Virus record (IMG/VR): IMGVR_UViG_3300014208_000024
Location: 288,001 to 352,000 of that record
Reading direction: 5' to 3' (one strand)
DNA from: a virus
Taxonomy: Duplodnaviria > Caudoviricetes
Length of the DNA stretch: 64,000 bases
The translations under genes and the position numbers were made by a program. Every line of letters starts with the position of its first letter. The first letter of the stretch is position 1. This document shows positions 1 through 10,255 of this stretch, in pieces. The notes beneath the pieces are model-generated. The model ran no database searches, was not told the DNA's origin, and saw only the letters and a program-made list of their open reading frames with translations.

Positions 1-258
1 AAAGATAATGTTCTTTGGGAAGCAAAGAAAGTCCATTATGTTGGAAATAATGGTGTTGGTAGTATTTGTGGAAGGAATAATCGTTCATGTTTTTTAAAAA
101 TTACAATAGATAAAAACAAAGTTGATTGTGAATTTTGTTTAGAAAAAATGAAAGACTATATGTATTATTGTGAAATTCATGGGTTTATTGATGCTAAAGA
201 TGTAACTAATGACGAGAAATGTGACTACTGTAATTGTGCGTTGGCAAATGAACGCTAA
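1..258 (+). CDS. Cys-rich hypothetical protein, 5'-truncated by the window edge
   Basis: Open frame from base 1 to TAA at 256-258 with CxxC pairs (CEFC, CDYC). Confidence 0.6.
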   Translation, partial: KDNVLWEAKKVHYVGNNGVGSICGRNNRSCFLKITIDKNKVDCEFCLEKMKDYMYYCEIHGFIDAKDVTNDEKCDYCNCALANER

Positions 259-543
259 CTATTATATATCATGAGTAAATTCTAATCTATTAATTTTTAA
301 GTTATTATAACTACAATAATTAAAAAAATATAAAGATTTATAAACAAAACATTATATTTACAACAATGAAAACAAACAAAAAATAATTTAAAGAGTTGGG
401 AAAATTCATTGAAAAGAGAAATGGTACGAAATTTACACTTAAAAAACTTATTAAACAAAGTGAATTTACTTGCACTATTCAAAAAATATACGAAAACTTG
501 AAAGCTCCATTTTTAATTATAAATGATTTAAAACAAAACTAAA

Positions 544-1365
544 ATGAAAAAGTTAGATTATTCAAAAGTAGAAAAGCATATTGTTGAATGGTTAAAGGAA
601 TATGCTAAAAATGCAAAAGTAGAAGGATTTGTTATTGGAATATCTGGCGGAGTTGATTCGGCAGTAACATCTACTTTGGCTGCAAAAACAGGATTGAAAC
701 TATACACAATCCAAATGCCAATTAAGCAGAAATCAGAAGAAGTAAACAGAGCAACTTCTCATGTTTATTGGTTAGTTGAAAACTTCCCAAATGTATTTCC
801 TTTAACTTGTGATTTAACCAATACTTTTAATTCCTTTTTATCTGAAATTGAAAAATCTGAAAACAAAGAAGGACAAAACATGGCCGAAGCAAATACAAGA
901 TCACGCCTGAGAATGGTAACCTTATATTACCACGCTTCAATAAAAAAATGCTTGGTTCTTGGAACTGGAAATAAAGTAGAGGATTTTGGTGTTGGATTTT
1001 ATACAAAATACGGAGATGGTGGAGTAGATTTATCTCCCATTGCAGATCTTATGAAATCAGAAGTTCGTGAACTTGGGCGTCACATGTGCATATTGAAAGA
1101 GCTTTCTGAAGCCATTGCGACTGATGGTTTGTGGGATGATTCCATGACTGATGAAAAACAACTCGGTGCATCTTATGATGATTTAGAATGGGCCATGGAA
1201 TGGATTGCTAATAATCCATTAGGATTTAACTTCTCTACAGATCAATTCGATGCATTACCAAAAAGGCAAGCAAATGCTGTAAGTATATATAAAAAAAGGT
1301 TTTTCGCAAATCAACACAAAATGGAACCAATTCCAGTATGTAATCTAAGTGAATTAAAAAAATAA
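544..1365 (+). CDS. nadE: NH3-dependent NAD+ synthetase
   Basis: GISGGVDS PP-loop, N.RSRLRM, GTGNKVE, FYTKYGDGGVD, PIADLMKSEV motifs. Confidence 0.95.
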   Translation: MKKLDYSKVEKHIVEWLKEYAKNAKVEGFVIGISGGVDSAVTSTLAAKTGLKLYTIQMPIKQKSEEVNRATSHVYWLVENFPNVFPLTCDLTNTFNSFLSEIEKSENKEGQNMAEANTRSRLRMVTLYYHASIKKCLVLGTGNKVEDFGVGFYTKYGDGGVDLSPIADLMKSEVRELGRHMCILKELSEAIATDGLWDDSMTDEKQLGASYDDLEWAMEWIANNPLGFNFSTDQFDALPKRQANAVSIYKKRFFANQHKMEPIPVCNLSELKK

Positions 1366-2055
1366 TTAATTTTTATATTTAAACTTAAATCCCTTGTGAT
1401 GTTTTTGCCTGCCCTTCATAACTCTTATAACAGCACTATCGTCTAAACCCAATTGCTTACACATATATTTAATTCCTAACCATTCATCTATGTAATTTTC
1501 ACATAAATCCATTCTTATGACGCACTTAATAGTTGGCTGATTCTTTCTGTTAATCTCAATAAATTCTTTAGATCGTTTTTTTCCATAAGAATAATTGTCT
1601 TTTCCAAAACGTGGACATTTTACTCTTAATATATCTTTTGTTTTTTCAGAATGGTTTTTTCCATAAAAAGGATTTTTTTCTCCAGTAACTCTATCTGTAT
1701 GAAACTTCCTATATTTTTTATTTTTCCAAAGCTCCCTCACCCATTTAGAAGTATACCCTTCTCCACCATCACTATAATTAACTAAATTAAAGCCCCATGA
1801 AATAAATTGTGAAATCCAAAATTTTTCCCAAAATTTCCACTCAAAAAAATCAACCTCTTCTATTAATTCTATCTTTGGACACTGTTTGTTTTTTAATAAA
1901 GAATTTATCCAATTTTTTTTATGTTTATTTGTACATCTTTTAATATCCCAAACGTGATAATACAATCTCTTTTCTAATGACATTTCTGTTTTTCCAACAT
2001 ATCTAATAAAATCAGTATTCGGGTCTATTAATGTGTATATTTTTACTTTTTTCAT
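1366..2055 (-). CDS. GIY-YIG homing endonuclease with NUMOD3 motif
   Basis: KIYTL...RYVGKT N-terminus, TDGGEG-like linker (SDGGEG), NPFYGKNHSEKTK NUMOD3. Confidence 0.85.
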   Translation of the reverse strand: MKKVKIYTLIDPNTDFIRYVGKTEMSLEKRLYYHVWDIKRCTNKHKKNWINSLLKNKQCPKIELIEEVDFFEWKFWEKFWISQFISWGFNLVNYSDGGEGYTSKWVRELWKNKKYRKFHTDRVTGEKNPFYGKNHSEKTKDILRVKCPRFGKDNYSYGKKRSKEFIEINRKNQPTIKCVIRMDLCENYIDEWLGIKYMCKQLGLDDSAVIRVMKGRQKHHKGFKFKYKN

Positions 2056-2115
2056 AATTATATTTTTTTTATATAAATATGTATAAAAAACTGGCGGAGC
2101 GAAACGTGCAGACTT

Positions 2116-2604
2116 TTATTTCTCCTTTTCCCAAGTTATATATGTTCCTTTATTATCTCCTTCTTCAAAAGGGATTTCTTCAATTATTTTCCAATTTTCT
2201 TTGTCAAAATCAAAGAAGGTATCACCTTCAAAATCTTTATCAATGACAGTTTGGTATATCCTGTTCACTAAATTTTTTCTTAAAAACTGTTTATAAATAC
2301 TGGCCCCGCCAATTACAAAAATTTTACATTCAGGAAAAACAAGTTTTGCAAATTCAAGAGAAGATTCTATATTTGAAAATGGATGAATACCTGGCGTTTT
2401 TAAAACTCCTTTAGATATTACAAAATTATATCTATTTAGCAAAACCTTTCCTATAGATTCGTGAGTTTTTCTTCCCATTATAATAATGGAATTAGCAGTT
2501 ATCTTTTTAAATCTCCTTAAATCACCTGGCAAATTCCATGGCATGTGACCATCTTTGCCTATAACTCCATTTTTAGAATTAGCTACAATTAACCCAACAA
2601 ACAT
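2116..2604 (-). CDS. folA: Dihydrofolate reductase
   Basis: NGVIG..G.MPWNLPGDLRRFK, IMGRKT.ESIG, IGGASIY, GDTFF motifs. Confidence 0.95.
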   Translation of the reverse strand: MFVGLIVANSKNGVIGKDGHMPWNLPGDLRRFKKITANSIIIMGRKTHESIGKVLLNRYNFVISKGVLKTPGIHPFSNIESSLEFAKLVFPECKIFVIGGASIYKQFLRKNLVNRIYQTVIDKDFEGDTFFDFDKENWKIIEEIPFEEGDNKGTYITWEKEK

Positions 2605-3140
2605 TTTTCCTTAAGGTTTTTAACAATTTCTTCATTAACGTTCTCTATGTCTTCTTTTGATGTGTCAAATACTATTCTCGTTGGAGCATAATAATCAATT
2701 ACAGGCTTAGTTCTTTTTTCGTAAGCATTCATAACCTCATTAAAAGACTGATCTGTTTTTTCAACCAATCTCTTTAAAGAAACAACAGATTCAGTGTCCA
2801 AAAAAATTGATATAGGTTTTTTTATTTTTCTTGCAAACAAAAAAGAATCCAAAGCTTTTGCCTGACCTACAGTTTTTGGAAATCCATTAAAAACAATTCC
2901 ATCTTCTTTTAGGTTAATAATAATTTCTTTAATTAACATAGTTAAATATTCATCTGGTTCTTTGGTTCCAGAATTTAAATATTTCTCTAAAATTAAACCA
3001 ATTTTAGTTTTGTTTTTAATTTCTTCATTAACAATATCGTTTACATAACAATATTTATAATTTAAATTTTTTGCCAACAATTTTGAGTGTGCATTTTTGC
3101 CCGAACAAAGAGTTCCTGTTACTACAATAATTTTTTTCAT
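2589..3140 (-). CDS. adk: Adenylate kinase-like nucleotide kinase
   Basis: Degenerate P-loop GTLCSGKN, FNGFPKTVGQA (cf. LDGFPRT..QA), T.PVIDYY. Confidence 0.7.
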   Translation of the reverse strand: MKKIIVVTGTLCSGKNAHSKLLAKNLNYKYCYVNDIVNEEIKNKTKIGLILEKYLNSGTKEPDEYLTMLIKEIIINLKEDGIVFNGFPKTVGQAKALDSFLFARKIKKPISIFLDTESVVSLKRLVEKTDQSFNEVMNAYEKRTKPVIDYYAPTRIVFDTSKEDIENVNEEIVKNLKEKCLLG

Positions 3141-3215
3141 AATTTATTTTTTTTGAAATATAAAAAAAAATGTTTATATTATAAACCTATTTAGTTATTT
3201 TTAATAAAAAGACAA

Positions 3216-4277
3216 ATGAACACTGAAAATGTAAAATTAGATTTTCATGATTTGAGAATTAAACCTGAGAAAACTAGTAGTATAACATCCAGAAGTCAAA
3301 TAGACCCATACTACCATGTGAATAAAAAAGAGTTTTTGCCAATTTTTACAGCCCCTATGGACACTGTAATTAATAATGAAAATGCAAAATTGTTTGAAAA
3401 AAACAAAATTCACACAATTATTCCTAGAGGAGAAAATCCTCCTAGGTGGGGAAGTCAATTTCGATTTAAATCAGTTGGATTAGATGAATTCATTTATCAA
3501 TATATAAATACTGACGAAAATGAAAATCATTTTCAATCTGCATTTACAATATATATTCTTATTGACATTGCAAATGGACATATGGAAAAACTTATTGAGG
3601 CCACTTCAAATGCAAAAAAAATATATGGAGAAAAAATGGTTTTAATGGTTGGAAATGTTGCAAACCCAGAGACATATAAAATATTTGCAGAAGCTGGAAT
3701 AGATATGGTTAGAGTTGGAATAGGAAACGGAAACGCATGTTTAACAACTAAGCAGACTACAATTGGATATCCAATGGCATCATTAATTAAAGAGTGTTGC
3801 GAAATAAAAAAACAAAACGGATATTCAACAAAAATTATAGCAGATGGTGGAATGAAAGATTTTTCAGATGTAATTCTTGCACTTGCACTTGGTGCAGACT
3901 ATGTAATGATCGGATCTCTTTTTAACAAATCTCTTGAATCTTGTGGGGACACCTATTTGTTTGACAAAATAAAAATAAACCAATATTCTAATTTTGCAAA
4001 ATGGCTTTTCAAAAAGAAGTTTAAACTTACAAAAAAATTCAGAGGAATGTCAACCAAAGACGTGCAAAAAAAATGGAATAAAGAAAAAATTAAAACATCT
4101 GAGGGAATTTCAAAAAAACAAAAAGTTGAATATACAATAAGTCAATGGGTAGAAAATTTTGAAGACTATTTAAGATCAACAATGAGTTATTCAAATGCAA
4201 AAAATCTGAATGAATTTATTGGAGAAGTTGAAACTATACAAATTAGCGATAAAGCATACGAAAGATTTAACAAATAA
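3216..4277 (+). CDS. guaC: GMP reductase / IMPDH-family protein
   Basis: APMDTV, IDIANGH, RVGIGNGNACLT catalytic-Cys loop, IADGG, LALGADYVMIG, FRGMS, SEG; no CBS domains. Confidence 0.8.
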   Translation: MNTENVKLDFHDLRIKPEKTSSITSRSQIDPYYHVNKKEFLPIFTAPMDTVINNENAKLFEKNKIHTIIPRGENPPRWGSQFRFKSVGLDEFIYQYINTDENENHFQSAFTIYILIDIANGHMEKLIEATSNAKKIYGEKMVLMVGNVANPETYKIFAEAGIDMVRVGIGNGNACLTTKQTTIGYPMASLIKECCEIKKQNGYSTKIIADGGMKDFSDVILALALGADYVMIGSLFNKSLESCGDTYLFDKIKINQYSNFAKWLFKKKFKLTKKFRGMSTKDVQKKWNKEKIKTSEGISKKQKVEYTISQWVENFEDYLRSTMSYSNAKNLNEFIGEVETIQISDKAYERFNK

Positions 4278-4281
4278 TAAT

Positions 4282-4722
4282 ATGAAAAAAAACAATCCAA
4301 ATGTATTCCTCGGAGGAACATGCAATGATTCCACCTGGAGAGAAAGATTAATTAAAGACCTTAAAGTACCTTACTTTAATCCAGTTGTTAAGGATTGGAA
4401 CGAGGAAGCTCAAAAAAAAGAAATAGAAGAAAGAAAAACAGCAAAGTTTGTTCTTTATGTAATAACACCCCTTATGACTGGAGTTTATTCAATAGCAGAA
4501 GTAATAGATGATTCAAACAAAAGACCAGAAACTACACTGTTTTGTGTTTTAGAAAAAGATAATGATAAAGAATTTGAAAAATTTCAAATAAAATCTCTTA
4601 ATCAAGTTAAGGAAATGGTCAAAAAAAACGGATCAATGGTTTTTGAAAATTTATCAGAAATAGCAAAATTCTTAAACAACCAGGAAGATAAAGATAAAAT
4701 GAAAAAACTTGCTGGTGTATAA
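4282..4722 (+). CDS. Nucleoside 2-deoxyribosyltransferase-like protein
   Basis: VFLGGTCN.STWR...YFNPVVKDW, YSIAEV; start moved to ATG 4282 just after the guaC stop. Confidence 0.75.
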   Translation: MKKNNPNVFLGGTCNDSTWRERLIKDLKVPYFNPVVKDWNEEAQKKEIEERKTAKFVLYVITPLMTGVYSIAEVIDDSNKRPETTLFCVLEKDNDKEFEKFQIKSLNQVKEMVKKNGSMVFENLSEIAKFLNNQEDKDKMKKLAGV

Positions 4723-4761
4723 GTAATATTTTTTATAGATATTTATTGAAAAATAAATGTC

Positions 4762-5397
4762 GTGGAAAATAAACTTAGAAAATTAATCCGAGAAAAAATA
4801 GAATTAGATATTGAAGTTGGAGATGAGCTTCTTGGAGGAAGATTTAAAAACAAAAAAGTTGTTGTTAAAGATATAGGAAAAGACGACAAAAATCAACCAA
4901 CCATCAACGGAAAATCTCTTCTTAAGTTTAGAATAAAAAAACTAATAAAAGAAGAAATAAATAAAATTTTCGAAGTATTAGGTTTTCAATCCGCTGCAGC
5001 ACAACAATTGGCAACAAATATGGCTTTATTTAAGTTACCCAGAAAAGGAATGGATGACTCAATAAATTATTATGACCAAGTTATGTGGGATTTGCATAAA
5101 AAAGATTCTGAAGAAGAAAAAGAAGAAGATTTAGAAAATAATTTTAAATATCCATCTGCAAACAATCAAGATGCACCAGTTTCTACAAACATATTCGAAG
5201 ATGTGACAAATCCAATCGCAGCTCAAAAAAATCTTGATTATGACAGAACAGTGTCTCCAAAAACTGCAAATTTTAGCAAAGAAGCACAAGAAGAATTCGA
5301 TTTGCATAATGACAATATAAATAGAGAATTGAATGGAATTCCTCCTGGAAATAGTAGGAGTGGAGCAGTATCAAATAATAAATCAAAAAATTTTTAG
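4762..5397 (+). CDS. Hypothetical late/virion-associated protein
   Basis: TATTTATT motif upstream, LRKLIRE / KKLIKEEI motifs. Confidence 0.6.
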   Translation: MENKLRKLIREKIELDIEVGDELLGGRFKNKKVVVKDIGKDDKNQPTINGKSLLKFRIKKLIKEEINKIFEVLGFQSAAAQQLATNMALFKLPRKGMDDSINYYDQVMWDLHKKDSEEEKEEDLENNFKYPSANNQDAPVSTNIFEDVTNPIAAQKNLDYDRTVSPKTANFSKEAQEEFDLHNDNINRELNGIPPGNSRSGAVSNNKSKNF

Positions 5398-5451
5398 CAA
5401 ACTATAAGAATTTAAAAAAAAGAAACTATTTATAAAAAAAATATTAAGATT

Positions 5452-5916
5452 ATGAAAGTAACAAATACAGGTGCAAAAGGAAAATGGGTTCACGTTAAAA
5501 TAAACGGATATTCGTATAAAAAATGGGTCGCAGCATATGGCTCTGTAACTTTACCAGAAGTTACAAGCAGAAGCCAGCTTAACCTAAATGCACACGAAGA
5601 ATCAATGATTCACGCAGAAGATCATGGACAAATTTTTCCAAAACCAATACCCCCAGAGTTTTATTATACAATTAATGCAACAAGACTTGGAACAACAGGT
5701 GGAACAACTTCTTTAAGCGCATCATCTGTTTCAGTGGCAAAAGGAATGAGCTTATCATTCTCAGTTTATCCAGAATCCAACTATTATCTTTCAGCTTATA
5801 CAGTTAATGGTATTGCTCAAGGAAGATCTACTCCATCTGCAACAACAGTTTATACACTGTCAAACATTGTGCAAGACGAAAATATTTCTGTTGCATTTGC
5901 AACATTTGGCTCTTAA
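5452..5916 (+). CDS. Putative virion protein with a C-terminal InlB B-repeat-like beta domain
   Basis: YTINAT...G.TS...SVAKG..SFSVYPESNY.LSAYTVNG...YTLSNI..DENISVAF pattern; TATTTATA upstream. Confidence 0.55.
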   Translation: MKVTNTGAKGKWVHVKINGYSYKKWVAAYGSVTLPEVTSRSQLNLNAHEESMIHAEDHGQIFPKPIPPEFYYTINATRLGTTGGTTSLSASSVSVAKGMSLSFSVYPESNYYLSAYTVNGIAQGRSTPSATTVYTLSNIVQDENISVAFATFGS

Positions 5917-5942
5917 TATCAACTATATATCCTTGTTTATCA

Positions 5943-5980
5943 AAAATCCTTCAGAATATCTGGGGGATTTTTTGTTTTTT
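5943..5980 (+). terminator. Intrinsic terminator
   Basis: AAAAATCCTTCAGA-ATA-TCTGGGGGATTTTT hairpin plus T tract. Confidence 0.7.
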
Positions 5981-6014
5981 CACAATTTATTACTATATTT
6001 GTGAAAAATTCATT

Positions 6015-6527
6015 ATGACAATAAAAGAAATTAAAAAGAAAATTGATGAAAGTTCTGTAAACTTATTTAAAAAATCAGACTTATATCAACTATTTGGAAT
6101 AAAAGAAAAAACAAAAGTTTCAATTCCATCTAATATTGACGAACCGTTTAATAATATAAAACCAAAAATTAACCCCGAACTAATCGTAAGTTATAATGGC
6201 CACTCAATAGTTATTAATTCTCGCTTACTTGATTCAAAAAACGCCTGGGGAAACATTGAAAACATTAAAACACTTCATCTTGAGAAACTTAAGGTTTTTG
6301 AAAAAATGGAAAAAACCAACAACAAAAAAGAATTGAAAAAATACGCTGAAAAAATTGAACAAATTGAATTTTCTCTTCAAACAGAGTGGGGATTTCCTTT
6401 AAACAAAAACTTTCATACGTGGTATAATGTTCCAAAATGTACTTGCCCCAAAATGGATAATGAAGACAATAGAGGTACAGATTATAGAATTATTTCAGAA
6501 GACTGTCCAGTACACGGAAAAGAATAA
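6015..6527 (+). CDS. Hypothetical phage protein with C-terminal CxCPxxDN...CPxHG Zn motif
   Basis: ORF behind a TATATTTG host-type promoter at 5994-6001. Confidence 0.65.
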   Translation: MTIKEIKKKIDESSVNLFKKSDLYQLFGIKEKTKVSIPSNIDEPFNNIKPKINPELIVSYNGHSIVINSRLLDSKNAWGNIENIKTLHLEKLKVFEKMEKTNNKKELKKYAEKIEQIEFSLQTEWGFPLNKNFHTWYNVPKCTCPKMDNEDNRGTDYRIISEDCPVHGKE

Positions 6528-6585
6528 AAATTCAACAAACTGTTGATTTTTAATTAGAAATTTTTTATTTTTATAATAAAAAACA

Positions 6586-7128
6586 ATGGGAAATCTTAAA
6601 GAAATAAATAGAATTCTTATATTTAATAGAAAAGTCAGCAAAAAAAATGTCGGCAAACTTATTAAAAAAATATTGAAAATCAATGAGTTTGATGATTTGT
6701 TGGAAGAAAAAACAAAACAAAAAAGAGTCCCAATAAAACTTTATATTGATACAAATGGGGGAAATCTTTACAGCGGATTTTCTCTTTTGTGTATAATGAA
6801 ATCTTCAAAAACCCCAATTCACACATATGTAATGGGATCAGCAATGTCTTGTGGGTTTTTAATATCTATTTGTGGTCATAAAAGATTTTGTCATAAACTA
6901 TCCACATTTATGTGGCATAACATCTCAACTGAAGTAGCAGGAACAGTTTCTAGCATAGACGAAGATTTAACTGAAGTAAAAAGAGTTGGAGTTGAAGCTA
7001 CAAAAATAATCATTGAAAAAACTAAGATAACAAACAAAAGATTAGAATCTTTGTTTAAAGAAAAAAACAATTTGTTTTTTAACTCAACTGAAGCGCTCAA
7101 ACTTGGCATAGTTGACGAAATAATATAA
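6586..7128 (+). CDS. clpP: ClpP-like serine protease subunit
   Basis: YIDTNGG (S/T.GG), AMSCG nucleophile Ser, FMWH His, EALKLGIVDEII C-terminus. Confidence 0.85.
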   Translation: MGNLKEINRILIFNRKVSKKNVGKLIKKILKINEFDDLLEEKTKQKRVPIKLYIDTNGGNLYSGFSLLCIMKSSKTPIHTYVMGSAMSCGFLISICGHKRFCHKLSTFMWHNISTEVAGTVSSIDEDLTEVKRVGVEATKIIIEKTKITNKRLESLFKEKNNLFFNSTEALKLGIVDEII

Positions 7129-7134
7129 GTAATT

Positions 7135-7160
7135 TGTAACTTTTTTTTCATAAAATCGTA
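7135..7160 (+). promoter_or_regulatory. ECF-sigma-type promoter
   Basis: TGTAAC-N16-CGTA. Confidence 0.7.
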
Positions 7161-7259
7161 TAGATTAGTAAACAAAAACTAATTTTTATGGATTTTAACA
7201 ACTTGGGAGACTGATACAAATGGTGGTTTTAAAAATTTACAATTTTCCCCCATATTTAT

Positions 7260-8039
7260 ATGAAAATTATAATTATGGAAAATTATTACGTCTATGTTTA
7301 TTTGAATCAGTTAAAACCAGGTAGCTGGTTTTTTAGAGAACATAAATTTATTTATCAACCTTTTTATGTTGGTAAAGGAAAAAATAAAATAGAAAAATCT
7401 CATTTATATCCTTCAAATCTTAAAAATAAATCTCATAAAAATAATATTATTAAGGAAATAATAAAAAAAATCGGAGAAGAACCTATTCACATAAGACTTT
7501 ATGAAAACATTTCCAACGAAGATGCGGTAAAAATAGAAGCTGAATTTATTAAGTGTTTTGGAAGATTAGATGATAAAACTGGAATATTAACAAACTTGAC
7601 AGATGGAGGAGAGGGAATAAATAATTTTTATGACAAAAACATTTCAAAGCCATGGGCAAGAAAAAAAATATATCAATATACATTAGATGGTGTTTTTGTA
7701 AAAGAATGGGAAAGTATATCAAGCGTTGATATTGGATGGAAACAACCATCAAATATATCTACTGCAATAAAAAAAGGTGGAACATGGGGAAATTCTATTT
7801 GGTCTTATGTAAAAGAGGTGAGTGTAAAGCCTAGAATAAAAAATCAAATGAAAGTTACTTATAAAAACATTGAGCAGATTGACAAAAAAACTGGAAAAGT
7901 ACTAAATGTTTTTGAAAATGCTTTGGATGCTGAAAGAGTATTAAAACTAAGACGTGGAGCAAGAAATAAAATTTATGATTGTTTTAAAGGTGTGTTAAAA
8001 ACAGCATACGGTTATAAATGGAAATTAAAAAAACAATAA
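7260..8039 (+). CDS. GIY-YIG-like homing endonuclease with NUMOD1-like C-terminal repeats
   Basis: YYVYVY...FYVGKG, LTNLTDGGEG, QYTLDG.FVKEW, TAYGYKWK. Confidence 0.8.
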   Translation: MKIIIMENYYVYVYLNQLKPGSWFFREHKFIYQPFYVGKGKNKIEKSHLYPSNLKNKSHKNNIIKEIIKKIGEEPIHIRLYENISNEDAVKIEAEFIKCFGRLDDKTGILTNLTDGGEGINNFYDKNISKPWARKKIYQYTLDGVFVKEWESISSVDIGWKQPSNISTAIKKGGTWGNSIWSYVKEVSVKPRIKNQMKVTYKNIEQIDKKTGKVLNVFENALDAERVLKLRRGARNKIYDCFKGVLKTAYGYKWKLKKQ

Positions 8040-8040
8040 A

Positions 8041-8862
8041 ATGGAAACAAAAAATCTATCAGAATGGTGTAAGTGGCTTGAGAAAAACTTTTCTCCAGAA
8101 ATAATGATTCCCACACTGCCAGTTATTATCAGGCTAGACGGCAATAACTTTCACAACTGGACCAAGGGATTAAATCGTCCATTTGATGAGGGTTTAACAA
8201 ATTTAATGATCGACACAACCAAGTTTTTAGTAAAAGAAACTGGCGCTGTTATTGGATACACACAATCAGATGAAATAACTCTTGTTTTATATTCTTCTGA
8301 TAGAAAAACTCCAATCTATAATGATGGAAAAAAACAAAAAATATTGTCAAAACTTACAGTTAAGTGTGTAAATTATTTTAACACAAGCAGACAAAACTTT
8401 CTCCCAAATCACAATAAAATTGCAGTATTTGATTGCAGAATATATCAAACTCCAACACTGCACGATGCGGCAGTACAGTTATTGTGGAGAGAAAATGATG
8501 CAACAAAAAATAGTATATCATCCCTAGCTCAAAGTTTGTTTTCTCACGATTCTCTACAAAATCTTGACGGAAATCAAATGCAAGATAAAATGATGTTGGA
8601 AAAAAACGTTAATTGGAATGATTTGCAAACAAAATTCAAAAGAGGAACCTATGTTAAAAGAACAAGAACCTCTAAACCGTTTACTGTTCAAGAATTAGAA
8701 TCTCTTCCTAAAAATCACAACGCACGTAAAAATCCAAACCTGGTCATTGAAAGAAATGTTATTTCAGTAATTGAATTACCAATTTTTAACAAAATTACAA
8801 ACAAGGCTGGAGTTGTATTCTTTGATGAAAATCCAATATTAGGTGAAGAAGTTAATTCGTAA
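8041..8862 (+). CDS. thg1: tRNA(His) guanylyltransferase Thg1-like 3'-5' polymerase
   Basis: IRLDGNNFH, GYTQSDEITL, FDCR, WRENDATKNS, KRGTY motifs. Confidence 0.9.
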   Translation: METKNLSEWCKWLEKNFSPEIMIPTLPVIIRLDGNNFHNWTKGLNRPFDEGLTNLMIDTTKFLVKETGAVIGYTQSDEITLVLYSSDRKTPIYNDGKKQKILSKLTVKCVNYFNTSRQNFLPNHNKIAVFDCRIYQTPTLHDAAVQLLWRENDATKNSISSLAQSLFSHDSLQNLDGNQMQDKMMLEKNVNWNDLQTKFKRGTYVKRTRTSKPFTVQELESLPKNHNARKNPNLVIERNVISVIELPIFNKITNKAGVVFFDENPILGEEVNS

Positions 8863-8867
8863 ATCAC

Positions 8868-9965
8868 ATGAAAACTATTTTAGTGGCTATTTCTGGAGGA
8901 ATTTCTGCATACAAAGCTGCAGATGTAATTAGTGGACTTAAACACAATGGATTTGAAGTTCATGTAATTACAACAAAAAACGCATTGGACTTTGTAACCC
9001 CCACTGTTCTCGGAGTAGTATCTGGAGGACACTATGTTACAGATGATAATGTAAATAAAATTGCTCATATTGAAGAAGCTCAAAATTGTGATGCATTCAT
9101 TTGTGTTCCAGCAACAGCAAATATTATTGCGAAATTCGCAATGGGAATTGCTGATGATTTTGTTTCGTCTACTTTTATTGCAATTCCTAATAAAATTCCA
9201 AAAATTATTTGTCCAGCAATGAACACAATAATGTATGAAAACCCCGCTTGTTCTCAAAACCTTAATGTTCTTGAATCTAGAGGATGCTATATTATTGAAC
9301 CTGTTTATGGAGAATTGGCTTGCGGTGTTGTCGGAATAGGAAAACTTCCAAAACCAAGAGATATCGTTAATAAAACAATAGATTTTCTCGATACAAGAAA
9401 GCCATGGCATTGGCCAATTTCTCAAATACCCCAAGGAGTTACTGAAGATTCAAATTCTTTTCTCAGAATAAATATCGAAAGAGAAGTTGAAATACCTGTA
9501 AAATATCATTTCGGAGCTTTTGGTGCAATGAGAAGGTTTGATAGACACAGAGGAGTTGATTTATATGCTCCAGTTGGTACTAAAGTTTCTGCTGTACAAA
9601 AGGGAATTGTAAAAGATATTCGCCCCTGGACAGGAATAAATGCAAATTGTGACTGGTGGAACGATACAGATGCAATTTCTATTGAGGGAGAAGATGGATT
9701 AGTTGTCTATGGAGAAATTAAAGTAAATCCAAAACTTAAAATTGGAAACGAAGTAATGGCTGGAGATTTAATTGGGGAAGTCTTACAAGTTCTTAAAAAA
9801 GACAAAGGTAGACCAACAAGTATGCTTCATTTAGAATTAAGAAAACCTGGATTTTATAAAAACATTGACAAAACATGGAACCAAGATTTGCCAGATGGAT
9901 TACTTGATCCCACTCCATTTTTAATAAGATCAATGAAAAATTATCATCATTTTATAAAAATATAA
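8868..9965 (+). CDS. coaC: Phosphopantothenoylcysteine decarboxylase (CoaC) fused to an M23 peptidase domain
   Basis: N-term GGISAYKA, PATANIIAK, PAMN..MY, LACG..GIG; C-term HRGVDLYAP...HLELR. Confidence 0.85.
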   Translation: MKTILVAISGGISAYKAADVISGLKHNGFEVHVITTKNALDFVTPTVLGVVSGGHYVTDDNVNKIAHIEEAQNCDAFICVPATANIIAKFAMGIADDFVSSTFIAIPNKIPKIICPAMNTIMYENPACSQNLNVLESRGCYIIEPVYGELACGVVGIGKLPKPRDIVNKTIDFLDTRKPWHWPISQIPQGVTEDSNSFLRINIEREVEIPVKYHFGAFGAMRRFDRHRGVDLYAPVGTKVSAVQKGIVKDIRPWTGINANCDWWNDTDAISIEGEDGLVVYGEIKVNPKLKIGNEVMAGDLIGEVLQVLKKDKGRPTSMLHLELRKPGFYKNIDKTWNQDLPDGLLDPTPFLIRSMKNYHHFIKI

Positions 9966-9968
9966 TTT

Positions 9969-10250
9969 ATGGAACTAATCTATGACGGTTCAAAAATAAC
10001 AGAAGAACATAAGAAAAAAAGAGGTTTATTTTTTTTGGAAGAACTTTTTGTTGGAAATTTTAACTCAATCAGAGCCCCACTTTCTTTGCGAAAAAAAATG
10101 GATTCTGATGTATTTGAAAACATTGAATTAGATATGAAATGTTTTTTTGGAGTAAAAGATGAGTCAAAAATTGTGTTTAAAAATTATACACACTTTAGAA
10201 AAATTTTAAAAAGATCTGGAATTAGTTTAAAACAATATTTTAAAGAATAA
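9969..10250 (+). CDS. Hypothetical protein
   Basis: ORF tightly packed in the operon. Confidence 0.6.
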   Translation: MELIYDGSKITEEHKKKRGLFFLEELFVGNFNSIRAPLSLRKKMDSDVFENIELDMKCFFGVKDESKIVFKNYTHFRKILKRSGISLKQYFKE

Positions 10251-10255
10251 AAATT

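Noticed and set aside
3172-3186. Palindrome GTTTATA-T-TATAAAC between the divergent adk and guaC genes
   Set aside because: AT-rich single occurrence, likely by chance; not called as an operator.
8868-9400. EpiD/LanD-type peptide decarboxylase
   Set aside because: The nearby CoaB and the LACG..G.G motif favour CoaC.
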